DNA of 59,987 nt, counting the filler. It is 4 parts of 4 records of this genome, joined end to end, with 100 filler letters (N's around TTAATTAATTAA, not from the genome) between each part and the next. Parts side by side here need not be neighbours in the genome. Positions count along the whole stretch, not along the records: positions 46,107 to 59,987 come from DRR378314_176; 3 more parts are not named here. One strand, given 5' to 3'. The position numbers and the translations under genes were made by a program. Shown one piece after another: positions 58,073 through 59,987 of the stretch (positions are counted from its first letter, which is position 1; each line of letters begins with the position of its first letter). The notes below the pieces were generated by a model. That model was not told where the DNA came from, did not search any database, and worked only from the letters and a program-made list of their open reading frames with translations.

Positions 58073-58310
58073 GACGGGAATTTTCCTATGGGTTTCACCT
58101 TCACTCTATCTATCGGCGGACGAAAGGAAAGGCCGCCCGTGGCTGGCAATGCCTGCGGGCTTAGAGAAAGGGGTGGCCGATTGTTTGGTTCGGATCTGGT
58201 AGCAATGGCCACGCTGGCTTGCCAGAATCCCCAAAAACCGCCAAAATCCAACGAAGGCGAGTATTTTGACGCCGGTATACAAATCATTTTAACGCACAGG
58301 GAATTCAGCC

Positions 58311-59396
58311 ATGGCAGAAAAGCTTAGTGGTTCCGTAGGTAAAGGCGGAAAAAACAACGCAGCAGATGTGACAATTGTGCAGAAGCTTCTTAACCCGTTC
58401 GCGGGAGAAGTGGGTTTTGCGAAACTCAAGACGGATGGTGCAAATACCAAGAAACTGGAAGCGGCGATCAGTGAGTTTCAGACCTGTATCTGTAAATTCC
58501 GTGCGGATGGTCGGGTTGATCCGGGTAAGAACACCATCAAGAAACTGAACGCCGGTGTCGCCAAGGCGAAGTCGGAAAAGAAAGCCGAGGAAAAGAAGGA
58601 AGAGAAGGTCAAGGAAGAGCAGCGCCAGAAGATGAAGACCACGGTGAAGAAACAAATGGAGGCACAGGCCAAGGCCCAGAAGGTGCCGCCGTCCATGTGG
58701 GAAAGCCTGTGGGGTGACATCGAGAAGAAGGCGGATAGTTTCTATGACACCTACATCGCCTCGGCGGAAAAGAAAGGCGATGCCCCAAGCAAGGCCGCGC
58801 CGAAGATTTCCGACATGTGCACCAAAGAGATGATGAACGACGTCAAGAAAGAGCTGAAAAAGATCGAACCGGAGGAGGTTGTCTACCCGGGACGTGTCGA
58901 AGGAAAGGTTTCGGGCGTCAACAAAAAGATCATCGATATCCTGACAGAAGTCTCGTCTCATTACGAGGGCACGACCATCAAGGTTGTGTCCGGCCTGCGC
59001 AACAAGGCGGGGCAGGCCAGTGCGATGTATAATGGCTGGGCCAAGCATCTGAACAAATACGGCAAGAACGGCGATATTTATTGGTTTGTGCGCCAGTCGA
59101 AATATCAGGATCTGTGGAAGGAACTGGATGATTTTCACGCGGCCAAGAACAAGGCGGGATTTGTCAAATGTATGAAGGACAAGGCACCATGGGGTTCTGT
59201 CTCGCGTCATATGACTGGTCAGGCGGTGGATATTTCGACCTCGACAGACAAGAAGATCATTAAAGCTCTTGGCATGTGCATGCGCTATCTGGCCGAGACA
59301 GACGGCAATTCTGAAGGCATCAAATGCCATCACTTTGATGACAAAACCGGATTGGTCTGGCCGATCCCGGATAGTGTGCGCAAGAAGTTTCCCTAA
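58311..59396 (+). CDS. Peptidoglycan-binding + M15-type zinc peptidase protein
   Basis: N-terminal SVGKGGKN..DV..VQKLLN..DG..AISEFQ..DGRVDPG; K/E-rich linker; VSGLR..QA, SRHMTGQAVD, CHHF. Confidence 0.72.
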   Translation: MAEKLSGSVGKGGKNNAADVTIVQKLLNPFAGEVGFAKLKTDGANTKKLEAAISEFQTCICKFRADGRVDPGKNTIKKLNAGVAKAKSEKKAEEKKEEKVKEEQRQKMKTTVKKQMEAQAKAQKVPPSMWESLWGDIEKKADSFYDTYIASAEKKGDAPSKAAPKISDMCTKEMMNDVKKELKKIEPEEVVYPGRVEGKVSGVNKKIIDILTEVSSHYEGTTIKVVSGLRNKAGQASAMYNGWAKHLNKYGKNGDIYWFVRQSKYQDLWKELDDFHAAKNKAGFVKCMKDKAPWGSVSRHMTGQAVDISTSTDKKIIKALGMCMRYLAETDGNSEGIKCHHFDDKTGLVWPIPDSVRKKFP

Positions 59397-59450
59397 GCCG
59401 CAGCTTGCCTACGCAAGGGGTAGCGGAAGTGGGTAACAACCGCACAGAAC

Positions 59451-59481
59451 AAAAAAAGGGCCAGCAAATTGCTGGCCCTTT
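59451..59481 (-). terminator. Rho-independent terminator of the BMP gene
   Basis: A7-GGGCCAGC-AAATT-GCTGGCCC-TTT. Confidence 0.8.
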
Positions 59482-59503
59482 CCTGTATGAACCAATGCAA
59501 GGC

Positions 59504-59987
59504 TTACTGTGGGATATCGCCTTCGATACCCTCAACATAAAAGTTCATGCCCGCCAATGTGCCGTCATCCGCTGTTGCGCCATCGGCCAGAAATGGCGTG
59601 CCGTCCTGCTTGTTCAACGGGCCGGTGAAGGCGTGGTAGGAACCGTCGGCCAGTGACGCTTTCAACGCGAGCGCCTGCTCTTTCACGTCGGCAGGCACCG
59701 CGTCGGAAATCTCGCCAATGCCAACCATGCCGGCGCCAATGCCGTCCCATGTGTTGCCGGAGGTCCATGTGCCGTCCATCACCGCCTTGGTACGGGCGAT
59801 GTAGTAAGGGGCCCAATCGTCGATGATTGAAGACACGCGCGGCATCGGCGCGTATTGCGCCATGTCAGAGGCCTGACCAAAGGTGATCACATTGCCCGCT
59901 TCCTGTGCGGCGGCCTGCGGTGCAGTGGAATCGGTGTGCTGCAACACAACATCTGCACCCTGTTCGATCAGAACCTTGGCGGCGTCG
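59504..59987 (-). CDS. BMP-family ABC substrate-binding protein, 3' part
   Basis: QHTDSTAP, FGQASDM, FTGPLNKQDG, MNFYVEGIEG. Confidence 0.88.
   Translation of the reverse strand, partial: DAAKVLIEQGADVVLQHTDSTAPQAAAQEAGNVITFGQASDMAQYAPMPRVSSIIDDWAPYYIARTKAVMDGTWTSGNTWDGIGAGMVGIGEISDAVPADVKEQALALKASLADGSYHAFTGPLNKQDGTPFLADGATADDGTLAGMNFYVEGIEGDIPQ

Overview
The window is four contigs joined by 100-nt artificial linkers (N44-TTAATTAATTAA-N44 at 14863-14962, 36479-36578 and 46007-46106), so gene order means nothing across the joins. Contig 1 (1-14862) is a high-GC gammaproteobacterial core region, Pseudomonadales/Oceanospirillales-like and possibly Alcanivorax-like (inference). It carries thiG-thiS-DUF423-rpoH-ftsXEY, an M16 peptidase pair, rsmD and several transporters. 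A perfect CIRCE operator lies before rpoH and GTGG-type REP elements sit at both ends. Contigs 2-4 look like Rhodobacteraceae (roseobacter) DNA. Contig 2 has gdhA', tadG-tadE-tadE, a MATE/glyoxalase-like operon behind a structured leader RNA, an XRE/D-amino-acid dehydrogenase/NhaC module, a degenerate NtrC-type regulator with OFA-MFS, tsaA, modA and a truncated binding protein, then pirin, TetR, hom and glpX'. Contig 3 has nlpD-pcm-surE, SDR, DUF2199, purF, a Hint protein, cvpA and radA'. Contig 4 has ggt, a FAD oxidase, two unknown secreted paralogs, a GcvT-family dehydrogenase, a small nuclease-like gene, a GH25 operon, GST, a peptidoglycan-binding/M15 hydrolase and BMP'. I found no rRNA, tRNA, CRISPR array, transposase, integrase or phage structural gene. 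The best novelty candidates are an orphan signal-less endolysin/effector-like PG-binding + M15 peptidase, a tandem pair of diverged unknown paralogs, an E. coli-type purF at the alphaproteobacterial purF position, a catalytically degenerate Hint protein behind a CtrA-like box, a sul1-like leader RNA, and a decayed formate/molybdate-type island. All calls come from motif recognition by eye; no database searches were run.
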